A stretch of DNA of 59,749 nt, the filler included, from Sphacelaria rigidula (taxonomy: Eukaryota), in the NCBI GenBank assembly GCA_964200075.2. It is 5 parts of 5 records of this genome, joined end to end, with 100 filler letters (N's around TTAATTAATTAA, not from the genome) between each part and the next. Parts side by side here need not be neighbours in the genome. Positions count along the whole stretch, not along the records: positions 1 to 11,872 come from CAXNAA020004395.1; positions 11,973 to 23,843 come from CAXNAA020004396.1; 3 more parts are not named here. One strand, given 5' to 3'. Below are positions 1 to 13,131 of this stretch, one piece after another. The notes under the pieces were generated by a model. The model was not told the DNA's origin. It ran no database searches and worked only from the letters and a program-made list of their open reading frames with translations. The first letter of the stretch is position 1. Every line of letters starts with the position of its first letter. A program made the translations under genes and the position numbers.

Positions 1-1986
1 GTGGCGGGGGGTCTGGGGTTGCCTTCTCTCCTCTTCCCCCCCTGCCCCCGTCCGGTTCTGCGGTCCCGCGCCCCCCCCCCCCCCCCCCCCGAGCTATGGA
101 AACCCCCGGATGTCTCGGAACTGTCAGCCTGCACAACTGTTCCGAGGCGACGCTCGTCTTCGGAGGGTTAAAGTAAGCTTTTCATGATGACAATGACGAT
201 GATGATCATGATGGCAATTTTCAACTAGACCGTGCCTTCCTGCAGATGATGCGTCATGACCGAAATGTAGATAGTAACACTGTTGTTGTATATATTGTGT
301 GCGCGGTGATGCTTTGTTGTGTCGTTTGATCTTGACGTCATGTTCTGAGTTTCTTCCTCCTTGACGGCGAAATGCACGAAATGGTCAACAGCAGTCGTTG
401 AAAACCACCCCCAGAGATGGCTAACGAGTATTTTCTAGTTCTTTTTCTGTTGGATGCCCCCGCCGAACATGGTCGTTCTAGGAAGTAGGATACATGGTCA
501 GTTTGCGTGTGGAAAAAACTTAGATTCTTCCGAGTCTCGCGGGATGTCTGGATGCAAAAGCCCACACGGGCTTGCGATCGTTATTTCGGGTTGCATTGCT
601 TTCCGTCTATCTGCGATCACTTCTGTATATATAAAAGTACGGTAGCGTCAGCAGAAGTTTCCCTGTGCACTCCCTGTATCTGATGTCGCTGCGTGTATAT
701 GGGCTGTGGTACCTCCGCCATTCAAGCAGTAGTGCAGCAACAGGTCGATAGTGTCTCGTTTGTGAGCTTGTCCCGTAGTCAGGATGATCCAACTATCTAT
801 CAGCAGGCACAGACATGCACCTGTAAATACATGTATGGATGAATGCGTATTTTCATTTCGAGTACAGGGAAGTCCTCTGATGCACCCACAGCTGACTGCT
901 CCCGAATATCTTCATGTTCAGTGTGTGTGTGTGTGTTTTTCTCATCATGTAAACACTAAATCTTCTACAGCACGTGGCGTCGCATGATCATATGACGAGC
1001 TCAGACTGACGATGTCTGATCATTTGACTTCCAGGGTATAGGTCATCTGGGTCCCCGCAGTAATATCTCAAGTGAAAGTGACGCTGATTCAACAGGTGAC
1101 CTGCCCCAGCAGTCAAAAGGGTTGGAAAGCGACGTGGAGGGCTGGATACCACTTCGTATACTGACTGTCGACGTAGATGTATTGTATAGTGTGCAGGTGT
1201 GACTATACAGTGCTTGCGCCCTCCTCTGACGCTCCACGCACACCCACCAATTTATGTATATACGTGTTTTTGCAATTGATCGTTTCTTCGTTCGGTTACC
1301 GCCTCCTTACTTGAAGCCACGCGGCAGGAGCCAGCCGGGTTTTTTTTTAGTCACTCCGTATTATCTTTTTCATCAAGACCGGTACTAGATTTTTCTTTTC
1401 TCTTCCTCCTTGAAAAAAGGAGGAAACCTCACCGAATACCTACCCCGCAAGCGGGTTCGTCTGCCGATTACGTGGAGACTCGGCTAGACCGCCTCGCGGC
1501 AGTCATGTGGAAAAGGCACCTCGAGCGTTCGGAAGCTTTGCTCAAGGCAAGCTTGGGGGGTCGAACCCATTATAACGCTGTCAACTTGGCGCAGTGCACG
1601 CACCGCCCTACTGTTATAAGCTTCAACCCTAAGACCGGTACTAGATTACCCGTGAGTCTTTGTTCCTTACTTTGCCTTACCTTACCTTATCTCACCTTAC
1701 CCTACCCTACCTCCACCCTCCATTTCTCGTTTGCTCTGTTTTTTTGTTTTTTTTACTCTGCCTTTCTCGAGTTTCCGTCAATGAATATTTTTGTTTCAGT
1801 TGCTTTTGGTGCGTCTGTCTTGTTTCCAATGACGATGACTGGATTTGTGGCAGATCTGTAAATGTGCAGCAATCAATCAGTTCGTCAATCACGATAGTAA
1901 CGCCAAAGCCCTCCCGAGACTCATACTCTGGTTCACAGTGAGACATCTGAGCGATTTCGCACGTTTATTTTGCTTGTCATTCGCAG

Positions 1987-4900
1987 CACGGATCATCGCG
2001 TGTCCATCGCGCGAGCTCGGGAGCGTCGGCAGATTCCAGCGCGGAGTGGGGTGCTTTCAACAGTGGCGGCGACGAGGTGATTCATGTACTGCACTCATTT
2101 TTTAGTCTCGACCCCGTTGCAGATTGTACGTTGTTTGTAGAAATGATGGTAGTCCCTTTTCTATTTTATTTATTTGGCGGGGGGGGGGGAGGGAGGGTAT
2201 TTGCGGTACGGTACGCTCAGGATCATAGACCTCAGTGTCGACAACGACTGAATGGCTAACAAAAGTGATGCTTACTGAAGAGGGGCAAACATAGCGCCCC
2301 GCGTAGCATGCCCCACGAGAATTGGAAAGCAGTAGCATGCCCCAGCACAGGGAAGTGCGGACGCACTTGATGCGCTTCGGTTGGGCGCATTCTGTGTACA
2401 TGTGCGTGAAAGTAAGCCAGGCATGGAATTCCGATAAATATTTTGCGCACAAAATGCGGTAACTTCGGAGATAAGCGTTTTCTTTTACTTTCGGGCAGGC
2501 GATGAATGAGGGGCGCGTGGCAGGGGGTACTCATGAGCATGCATGCCGTAGTCATGAGACCATTTACCTCGCATACCTACAAAGCCGGGACAGAGCATGC
2601 CGGGCTTTCGCTGGGCCAGGCCCACGATCAATCGCCAACTGCAGATGATGTATATTTACTTCACTTTTGGGACAGCAACAAGGCAGGCGATGCAACTGGT
2701 GGTGCAGCCTTAGCATGGGCGGTGCAGCCTTTTATTTGTTCTGGCGACTAGTATTTCAGCAACATCCGGCACTTCCGGTCCATCAACGGTTTGTAGATCT
2801 TGCAGTAGTGCAGTCCCACCAAGCGGTTGACTATTTTATCCTCCACAACCAGCGAGGGCACGTTTCGTTCAGCATTTGCCCCCAGACGATGCAACGTGCT
2901 GTGTTTCCCACCCCCAAGCAGATGATGTCTTCGCCCAAGGCCGCCGTAGGTCCTGCTCCTTCGACCCGACATCAGTCAGCATGTGGTTCAGTGAGTTTGT
3001 CCAGCCCAAGAAAAGCACAGAACCCGCGGCAAGATGTTTGCAAAAGTTCTTCTCACGTTTCGGGTGCCTCAGTTCCTGCGTAGTGGTGCAGGTGGTGGGG
3101 CTCACGTCGGAGGTGATGCGCCATGTGTGCAGATGGATTACAGTGACGCCGGATCACGGAGTGATGAATCACGCCCACCGCCAAGGAGCCGCGCAACGGT
3201 GTGGATGGTGCTTGCGCGATGTGCTTGTTGCTGAGTTGTGTGAAGCTGTGATAATCTATCCTGAATCCTTCCACCCTGACGGCATCGCTACCCGGCACCC
3301 ACTACCCGCAGCCGAGCGGTTCAATCGTGCGTAGTTAACTATACTCATAGTTTCAACAGCAGGAAGCTGTCTCTTCGTTTTCGAGCCGGATGGCGAAGCT
3401 GTTCAGGGAGCTGCGATGACCGCCCACCTGTCCACCTACTGGGTTGAACACGATTGGGTGACGATCACCCTCCCTGACCCCCAACAGCTTCAACAACTGG
3501 GTTGTCGGTCGGGAGATGACTTCCTTCTTCTTCTTCTTCTTATTATTATTTCCGCACATTAGTCCTACTGGAGCATATTCGACCACACGCGATCCAAACG
3601 CTCGACTGCCGGAAGCGGGTGCCGGGGAATGGTGCCGGCAAGGCAAAGGGTTTCGTGGATTCTCGACCTAGGTTCTGGGGTGGTATCATCCGGATTCATG
3701 GCCCCGTAGAAAGGGTTCTGATGATAACAGGACCACCGTCGATGCGTCCGACCGGAAAGTATTTCTAGGCGTTCGTCGCGGCGGGGGAGGGGGCGGTGGT
3801 ACCGCTGACTGATATCGGGTCGAAGGAGCCGGGTGTCTCGAGACAAAACACCATCCGCTGAGGGGTGCGAGAAACATGTAGTGCATGGACAACAAATCTT
3901 CCGTGTACCGTACAGTTCATCGACCGATTTCGGGCAAGTGGCGAACGAAACATGTTGTGCATGGACAAGAAATCATCCGTGTCGCGTACACACTGACCAG
4001 ATGCTGAGCATCAAACACCCGTCTGGACTTGAAACAAGGCGACAAAATTGCTTCAAAGGCTTCCTCCCTCAATAGGGCTTGGAGACTTTGAGACAGATGT
4101 GCTGTCACACACCGTCTCCGTTAGAGGAGGTGACCTTGCACCTCCTCACACACATATCATGTCAAGCAGCATAATCCAGAGGATATCCCATGACGTTATC
4201 TCATGTGGACCTCACATACTAGCCGCTGCACCAACAGACAGCCTTGTCATGCACCTGCACGTGTACTGGAGGTGATTTACTCTACAGCACCCTCAAAGCT
4301 CTGCTTTTGAATCACAGCGGCTCATGATTCGTGTCCTCCACCGCTACGTCGCGGTCCATCTCATCTCTCGGTACCTGTAATGAATCTACCCCAATGGAGG
4401 TCCGACGCGCCGAAAATATTGGCACGTCGTATCCCTACTTGCGATGTGACAGAGGAACAGCACGTGCCACCGAATCTTGCGCCGCAGTCCCAAGCTTGCG
4501 CATGCTTAAACATCTGAGCGGCGTCCTCGATCGTCCTGTTCCAAGCCACCCGCTCAGTATGGCGCACGTTGCCCGGCACTCCTAGCTGTGTGTTTCATGA
4601 CACCCAAATTACATGGTGTGACAAGGTGCTCTCGCGTGGACAGGTGGCGAACGATCAGGAGAGGTCGAGCGGGTCGGCGAATGAGATGCCTGGAACCGCG
4701 AACCGTGAACTGGCAGTGGACGTGTCTGCCGCGCCTGGCGGAGGTATCACCTGGAGTAGCAACTTGGCCTAGCTTTGCTGCAATCTCTCCGGAAGTGGTC
4801 CTTATCTCTGCGTTCGAAATAGCCCGCATAGCTCGGTCCTTGGTTTCCGAGATTTGCGGAGATGGCAGTCGCGTTGCATGTGGTCGCTTTTTTAACCACC

Positions 4901-7900
4901 CGACGGTTATCATTCGGATCTAGAGGTACCGCTGACGCTTTTTATTTTTAGCGGCGGGTGGCTGAGATGTGATCAACCGCTTTCACCATCTTCCGCGCCT
5001 CCGTTGCTTCCTGAATTATCGGACACCAGCCCAGGGTCCTCTTTCCATCCCCCCTTTATGTGGAGCATGCTTTCAACTTTCGTTTCATTTTTTGGGGGGT
5101 CATCCCGGCGAACGTTCCCCGAGTAATAATTTGGGCAGATCCTGCTTTGAACGTACGATCCTCACGAAAAGCGCGCTCAGCGATCGCGTTCTTGGCAACA
5201 TTCTCTTGAAGGGCACACCACTGCCCCCTTCGATTCTACCACTGGTACGGTCGATTCGTTGCGTGTGGCCAACGCCTTTCTGACGCCAGCTGCAGCGACC
5301 GAAGGATCAATCGCTCCATCATCACAACACTGCGCGTGTTTTCTTCTCGCCTCCTTGAGGTGATCGCCGTTGAAAACCGATCCGTCAAAATTATCGGGGA
5401 CATACATGGCCGAATGTGCTTTGGAACTAAATCCGTGACAGTCTGCATAACAACCTGCACTGTCCGGCCGTTGGCGCTTCTCTGCAACGCTTCCTCACAC
5501 TCTTGATATTTCTGAATCGAAAAAAATCCGGGTATGCATGTTAACCCTTTTGGAACCCTCCCCCCCTGTCCCCCGGCCAAACGCCTTATTATGAGAAGCC
5601 CTGACGAAGAGTAAAACATGGAAACAGAATTGGCCGACGGCAACCATTTTTATAATGTAAGCCCGGAGAAGAATGTCCTCCCTGGAGAATTGGGGTAAGG
5701 TTTGTCCAATCATACCACGCAACGGATGAAGTGTGTCCAATTATATCCATCGACAATAATCAGCAAAACCACTATGAAACATTCCATTCAAAAAATAGCA
5801 ATGGGCCCCAGGGTCCAACCGGGCACGTTTGTATATTAGCATTTGTACATAGGGGAAGCACCGCTTTGACGGGGTGCAGCATCGGGTGGCGAGTTTGCCA
5901 AGCCACACCGTACATACAGCATAGTATGGCTGAACCCGGCGAAATCCTGTCACCACATGTGGAAGGCACAGTGGGTTGTGCGGGCGGTACATGGGTGTAA
6001 TCGCAGACGTCCGAACAGGCGACATACATGTACACGGGAGGGAGCCGACGGACACCGCCTACCGTAATCAGGCCAGATGAAAAACACCACAGTCGGTAAA
6101 TACAGTAGGTTACAGTATTGACCTGCGGCTACACTCCGTGCAAGATAAATATGGGCATGTCGTGAGAAGTCGGCCACGAGAGTAGACGGCACGAGACGAT
6201 AGCAGTAGCCGGCGTCATGAATCTCATGCAGCATGAAGTATGTCTATGCAACGGGCGGGAACGATCAACCCGCGGTATAGATGTGGTGGGGCATCTGTGC
6301 CTTTCGCTACGCCGTTGTGGAATAGTCAGCCCGAAGTGTGATGTTGTCGGCACGTACTTGACAGAGCGCAGTTCTGTGCATGCCCCGCGTGTTACAGAGA
6401 TATTTTCAAAATGGAAAACAGACATGACACGAAGCAGTAAGGTATTACCCCTGGGGCGACGGCACTTGTCAGACTCTACATCACAGAGACGGTGTATAAC
6501 TGCAGGGCACATGGCGTCTGCGTCGCCTTTACCCATTTTTCAAAGGGCAGGATGGTGCTGTCGGAACGTGTATGAGCACGATGTTGTGCATGACGTGAGT
6601 CTGCAGTCGAGATTACCTCAAACTGCTGTAAACACACCCAGTACTGTACAGGGCAGTGTCGCAGCACCCCCGGCGGCACGGAAAGGTGACTGCCTGGGAT
6701 CGCATACCACCAGTTCATACATTTAGCGAGTGTGCCATCGGCGTTGCCCTTGTTTCTATGACACTGCAAAGAGTATAAACTGCAGCGGGCAGGGCGTGCA
6801 GGTCAGGCCGGAAGCATGCTCCACAGAGGCCTGCTCCACAGAGGCCTGCCACGAACTGGGGCCGAGCAAGGACCTCATGAGAGTAGAAAAAAAAGCTGAC
6901 GGATCGCAGCAAGAAAATAGGAAACCTTCTCTTGTTCCACTTGTCACTCGTACGGGTCTGAAAAATGCGCGTTTGGCAAAAATTGTTGCGTCTAAGCTAT
7001 GAACCATCAACCATATCTTGCTCAAAAATCGTCAATTGCAAATGATCAATTTTCCACTGTGAGTTCCAAAAGGGTTAATTGAAAAACGTGCGTACTCTGA
7101 TGACTTCCAGGATACCCCGATGGTCAACTCTGTGATTCTAAACTTCCCCTCATCGACTGCATCGCTCCGGCCACCTCTCCTGTACGGTACTATCCTTCCA
7201 AAGTAGCTCTCACGCAGTGCATCCTGCTAAACTAGCCGTTCCTCTGCTGTGCAGCGAGCGTCCTCGCTGTGTACAGACTGTACACCTCGTACCATTGTGC
7301 AGAGGCTTTTCAGCTGAGAACGCCGTACCCAGAAACCAGCGGGTTCCCTGTATGAACGTGACTTGAAGACCCACCCTCCCGAACTCAAAGCAAGGTCACA
7401 AAACTGCCCCAAGGGCTTCCTCTCTCACTATGGCTTGGAGATTTCAAGACAGATATTGTATCACAAAAGGTCTTCGTTAGAAGAAGGGACCTTGCACCTC
7501 TTCACATGTGTATCTGTTATGGTCATGATCCACAGAATATCCCCTGACCGAATCTCATGGAAACCTCATATTCTAGCCGCTGTACCAACAGACGGCGCTA
7601 GCGTGCACCTACATGTGTGTACTGGAGGTGATACACTCTACAGCATGGAGAGGCGACGTGGATCCTGAAATTGCGCCGGTTTTGTACTCTTTGCTCTTCC
7701 TCCGGAAGAAGTGGTGATGGAACTGCGATGGCTGTTGTTGGAAACAAGATGACACGTTATCCCCCTCTACATTGTCGTGTGTGCTGAAAAGCTTGTCGTG
7801 AAATACACCGATGAATTGTTTGGATTCCAAATATTCAGGGCGTGATGGACGCTGACGAATGTTTCAATCTTTGGGCGGCCTTCATGGAGCCCGATAGTCC

Positions 7901-10900
7901 GCCAGGGAGCCCGTCCCTCACCAGCAGCGCTTCTCTCTTGGAGGATGACGACGACGATGACAAGGGCAACGTCGACTCGAGCAGCCGCTCACGAGGTACG
8001 ATTTCCACATTTTGTGACCAACGGATTGCGTCCCGAGCGTTGTTACACAGTAATGGAGCGCGTGATCTCACTCCATTTTTCACTTGAGGGTTATTTATAG
8101 TGGGTTGACCCACACCATTGTCAGCATGTCACGGGAATACGCCATGATTATGGTCCTTCAAGTTGAGGCAACCCCCTTCCCCCGTTGTGTTCTTCGGCGA
8201 AAGCCCGTCGTGCTCCGTGCCGGCTTTGTAGGGATGCAAGGTCAATGGTCCAATGACTGCGGCATGCAAAATCAGGAGTACACCCCCGGTTCTGTCTGGT
8301 AGTGCATGCTGGCGCGTGCTTCCCTTACCAACCAATCTCCTCCGTTGCCGACGCTATGTTGCTACATTTTTGTCCCTCGCGCCTATTTTTCTGTTTCGAC
8401 TTCGTGCCAGTCGGAAGCTCCCACTCGCTTTCGGCGCTTCTGAGCGGCGCCAGCGATGCCGTTGATGGCGGTGACGATAGTGACGGCGGCTCCGAGGCAG
8501 GGGAAGGAGGTGGCGGCGCTGACGACAACGACAACAGCGAAGGCGTGAACGTATCTCCGGTGTCTCCGAACGGTCTGCTGCCGCCGCCGCCGCCGCTGTC
8601 GCCTACCGCTAAAAGCAGCAGTGTTGTTGTCAAGAAGGAGGAGCTGATCGCAGATGCGGCCGACGGCCACGCTCCTGGTGGTGGAGGTGGTGGTGTCGGC
8701 GGGCACCGGAGATCCGCAGCGTTCAAGTTATTCCCGGGGCCGAGCAAGTCAACGGCGCCGACGTCGATCTCCGCCGCGGAGGCTCAACAAGCTCGGTCAA
8801 CGACAACAACGACGACGACGGCAACGATGTCCCAAGCTCTGAGGTCAGGAGCCTCAACCTTTTCTCCGTCTTCCCCGGGCAGCGGTGCCATGATCAGCGC
8901 CAAAGCGTTGAGTGACTACGGGGCGCCGCGCGCGCCTATGCCCCCTCCCTCCCCCGCTGCCACGGCAGCCCTGAACGAGAGCGCTGATGTCGTCACAGGT
9001 CCGTTTGGGTAGTTAATTAAATTGCGTCACTAAAAGTACGAGTCTTGTTCTTTCTCGGGCACACGCTGGACAATGGATGACGTTGCCAAAAAGTGTACTG
9101 CGTACAGTATCGAATATTGCGTGTATTGCAATCGACAGAATATCCCATGCTGTACGCAATACATTTTTTGACGGTGTAATATGTTATTGCCCAGGGTGCC
9201 TTCGTGTTTCGTTTTTTTTTTCTCAACTCTGTTTTGAACCGTCGTTTCACCTCCTTCCTACAGTACCTTCCCCTCAACCTCTTCCTTTTCTTGGCTTTTT
9301 TTGTCGGCCTCTTGGGTGTCAATGATATCGTGAGGTTTTCGTTTGTCCCCCACGTACGCCTCGGGTGTGATCGTTAGTTGTCTACATACCCTCTGTCGCT
9401 GCTCTGCATGTTTTTCTCTTGAGGTTGTGACCATGTTGAAAGCGGAGCGATGCTTACATCGCTAGCTATCTTCAGGGTGCTTTCGATGGCGCGTTTCTTC
9501 TGCTGTTGTTATTTTTATCCATCGTGCCCGCAGTTTATGAAGGCGAGCGACTTGACGGCAAAAGTTGTCCTCCATTCCTTCTTTTTTTTTTTCTTCCTTT
9601 TCTTGCCTCGTTTTTGACAACCTGAGTGGATGATCACGGCGAGGGCGTGGGGGGATGACGAGGGTCGGTGTGTAGATGTACTGTTTTGTCACTAAGCGCG
9701 GATGTCCATAAAATGATGAGACATGGAAGAAAATATTACCAAGATGTCTGAAAGTACTGTGCACCCATTATGTACGCTGTTGTGTCTTCGAAGCAGGCCG
9801 TATCGGTAGCGAATCGATGACTCCGGGAGCCTTGCGCGCGGCACAAAACGCGGCGGCTTCCGAGCTAGCGGCGGCTGTGGAACGACGAGGGTTCACAGGC
9901 GATGCCATCAAGCGCGCGAGGTTCAACGAGTTCATCTCGGGGTTTTTATCGGTGTCGGTGTTTCACGCGGCGGACGTGTGGCTGCCATTGGCGGCAGGGA
10001 GTGGACACCACGGGGGCCCTGGTGCTGCAGGGGGGAATGACGGCACGCCGCGTCTATTCGTGTTCAGTTCAGACGTCAAGGTTGGCTTTTGGGGGGGAGG
10101 GAGGGAAGGGGTTGGCAGTAGAAGGCTGCCCTTTGAGGTTTGTTCCTCGTGGCCTCTTTGTGCTGGGGAGCGAAACGAGAGTGTGCTTGGACGCTTTCCA
10201 CCTTTCAGCATTGATTGATTGATTCACTCATTCATTCATCGATGGTCGTACATGAACTGATGCCCCCGAGGGATCCGGCCGTCTTTGTAGGTGACATTCC
10301 TCAGGTGAACAAAACGGGAACACTCGCTGAAGAAGAAAAATAACTCGATGGAAACATGAAACGAGGAAAATAGAATAAACGGAGTATAGTTGAAGACGAG
10401 ACGAAACAAGGCGTTGAGCGTCCAGTGTAGTGTGCATCGTAAGACTCGTCTCGTGTAGCCCGTTCTTCCGCCGGCGAATTTGTGCTGTAGATGCCGTGCT
10501 TGATGTTTTGTTTCGCTTTTGTTTTGTGTGTGTGTTGTTTCTCATTTAACAGCCGATCATCGAAATTGAGGACGGAGCTTTCCATTGAGGATGAGAACCC
10601 GGAGGATAATTTTTTTCGTATCCACACCGAATCTTTGAAATATGGTTCCATTCCTTCACCTACTCGAAACTATTGAAATTCACTACACGTAGTACAAATT
10701 TGGATTTCGATAACCGATATATCGGGGCCCTAAATAAAGAAACATTTTTTGGGAATTCAGAGGATCCGATCGGATCGCCAAAATCCCCCGAAAATGGCCC
10801 TTCACCTGGGACCCCTAATACATCGGTTATCGAAATCTAAGTTTGTATGACGTGAAAATTTTGGTGTGGATACGAAGATTTTGATCCTTCGGGTTCTCAT

Positions 10901-11442
10901 CCTCAATGAAAATCTCTCTCCTCGAATTCGATGATCGACTGTTATTTCCGTCATAAGCGGCAGGCACTTGACGTCAAGTTTGTTACGTTTGCGTGCCTTG
11001 TGTTGTGCGGTGTTCAAGATACGAATTTCTTTTGTCGTCTCATTTCTTTTCTCCCCAGTTTTTTCCTTTCTTGAGTTTTTTTTTTCCTTCTGTTTGCACC
11101 ACGGTTTGAGCGCTTGCGCGCGGTACATTGAAAACTCTTGACGGCTCTTGGTTCTTCTCGTCAAGAAAGGTACACGAAAGTGGCATAATGAACGATTTTA
11201 CGCACCTCCATGCCTCTCTGCCCTTCTTAGCTAGCTGCAGCAAGGTAACACAAAAACTCTCACATGTTCTCAACTATTTCCCCCCCCGCCCTGCCCCGCC
11301 CTTGAACTCTGTTGTTGTATCTACTCTATCCCACTAGGACCCGCGGTTGGCGAAATGGTCAACCCTGAGCCGAAACGTGGTCCTAGCATCTGGCGTCGGC
11401 GTTCCCGGGCTTGTGTTCCAGGAGAGGCGGTCGCAGTGGGCG
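1987..11442 (+). CDS. Partial multi-exon gene encoding a low-complexity protein with an NLP/NIN-like GAF-type domain; 3' part missing at contig end
   Basis: Phase-compatible AG/GT exons: 1987-2076 (less certain), 7839-7995, 8411-8998, 9797-10080, 11338-11442. Last two join as ...FHAADVWLP...RLFVFSSDVK|DPRLAKWSTLSRNVVLASGVGVPGLVFQERRSQWA, matching the AQVWxP ... GLPGRVF....PEW pattern of NIN-like protein GAF domains. Confidence 0.7.
9063..9198. mobile_element. Second, diverged copy of the 130-bp palindromic MITE
   Basis: CTGGACAATGGAT...AAAAAGTGTACTGCGTACAGTATCGA...TGTACGCAATACATTTTTTGAC...TATTGCCCAGGGT. Confidence 0.75.
10549..10942. mobile_element. ~390-bp MITE with long terminal inverted repeats, flanked by TA
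   Basis: TA|ACAGCCGATCATCGAA...TTCGATGATCGACTGT|TA. Arms continue CATTGAGGATGAGAACCCG / CGGGTTCTCATCCTCAATG and GATTTCGATAACCGAT / ATCGGTTATCGAAATC. Confidence 0.8.
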
Positions 11443-11872
11443 GTGAGTGGAGGGAGGGGGCGTACTTGGTGTCGCCGGTAGGGACGTCATGCGTGCCATC
11501 ATACTGTTGTGTGCTCCAACGTTGGATTTTACTCACAAGTTTGTTCGCGAAGCATGTGTAAAATTACCGCAGGGACTCCGTGACTTTTCCCCCCCCTTGA
11601 AAGTGGTCGGGCGGGAGGGGTGCAATCACAAGCCGCGGGGTCGTGGTCGCTTGTCTGCCTCCCCCCCCTTTTCAAGAGTATAGATGTAATCGTGGGTAAA
11701 GGTCCAGAAGCAAAAGTTTCGAAGGGGTCCGAGTCTCCCGGGCGCAGAGTGTAGGTGAAGTCACGTTATCTTGTTTCCAAGAACGTCTGAAAACTAAGTT
11801 TTTACGCGTACCGTTCATGCTTCCCCCCCCCCCCCCGACCGGGCAGCCCCCACAGAGGAAGATTACACACGG

Positions 11873-11972
11873 NNNNNNNNNNNNNNNNNNNNNNNNNNNN
11901 NNNNNNNNNNNNNNNNTTAATTAATTAANNNNNNNNNNNNNNNNNNNNNNNNNNNNNNNNNNNNNNNNNNNN
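11873..11972. other. Artificial contig spacer
   Basis: N44-TTAATTAATTAA-N44; stop codons in all six frames. Confidence 0.98.
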
Positions 11973-12009
11973 AAAAGAAGAAAAGGAAAAAAAAGGGGGA
12001 AGGGGGGGG

Positions 12010-12067
<58 letters not shown>

Positions 12068-13131
12068 GCTCTTTCCCGTAAACTAGGTGGTGATGACTAT
12101 ATTTCAGTGAAAAGTACTGTGCTGCAAAACGTTTTCGCGAGTATCGCGGGACGAATACAATGCCGCTCCTCATCACCCACAAAAGTGAAATTGGTGCGTC
12201 CAGGTATCGTTCATCGTTAGATTGCCAATGCGATAATCTCATGTGACGAAGCGTGCTGCCGAGGAACCTTGAACCTTGTGGTCAAAACATGAACAGTGAC
12301 CTGGACAGGAGTCAGGCCAAAAGTTCAAAACGTTTCATCTCACTCTGCGGCGACAGCACTCTTGCTCTTATATCCCAACTAAGATAAGACAAGACACCAC
12401 ACAATCTCACTTGGAGAGTAGCCAGCATGGACTATGACATGGCCATCAGTCAGGGACACATATCATCCACTGCACTGCGAACCGTGCTGTACTTGAGGCT
12501 TACCGGTGGGCTGTCCTGTCGGTGCTTCAACCGACCTCCAAAATGAATAACCTCAGATCGTGCGTTGATCAGTAAGTGAGCAGTCACACAACGGACATCG
12601 ACATGTATCTCAGTGTATATCTCAATCGTAATGAAAATACCTGTGTTTTTGAAGACTCTAGCCGCTTTCACCAGCCTAGCGAGCCTGCGCTAGACGTCGT
12701 GCGGTGCTCCTTCGGCCGCTGTGACACATGATTGTACACTCTACAAAGACCATTTTCTATATTTGAATACACCACGTCATTTTCCGGCGGGCAAACGTCG
12801 CATGTAGTATTTCTGCGTTGGACTCCCACGTCACATGGGGTTGGGAGAAAATATCGGTAAACGTATCATATGTTCTTATCCCATCCTTGTATGCAGTACG
12901 TGAAAAGTTCTAGTATTGGACCAGCGGTAAGCGTTGACGGTTTTGGATAATAACCCAGGGTCCAGCTACCGCACGTCAGAATATGACCAAAGCTTTGATT
13001 ATCCCGCACTGCACGTGCGGGGCGAACAGCGTGGGGCGCATAGCACCGGTGCAGCAGCCAGCGAGCAGCACTTCTGTACTGCCGCAGCGAGCACACCCAG
13101 TCCACTCTATTTTCAACTAATCCTACAAGCT

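Noticed and set aside
1035..1196. Additional upstream exon of the GAF-domain gene (also ~128-172)
   Set aside because: AG/GT ends and an open frame are present but the peptides are unrecognisable, so support is insufficient.
4554..4913. Tc1-like transposase HTH (DRAMRAISNAEIRTTSGEIAAKLG)
   Set aside because: Only a loose resemblance; no DDE domain or TIRs found.
11995..12066. Poly-proline ORF or G-quadruplex element
   Set aside because: Poly-G run at a contig end; its length is unreliable and may be a sequencing artefact.
12250..12720. Divergent minus-strand gene upstream of ABCF
   Set aside because: Isolated splice-like signals but no coherent coding frame.
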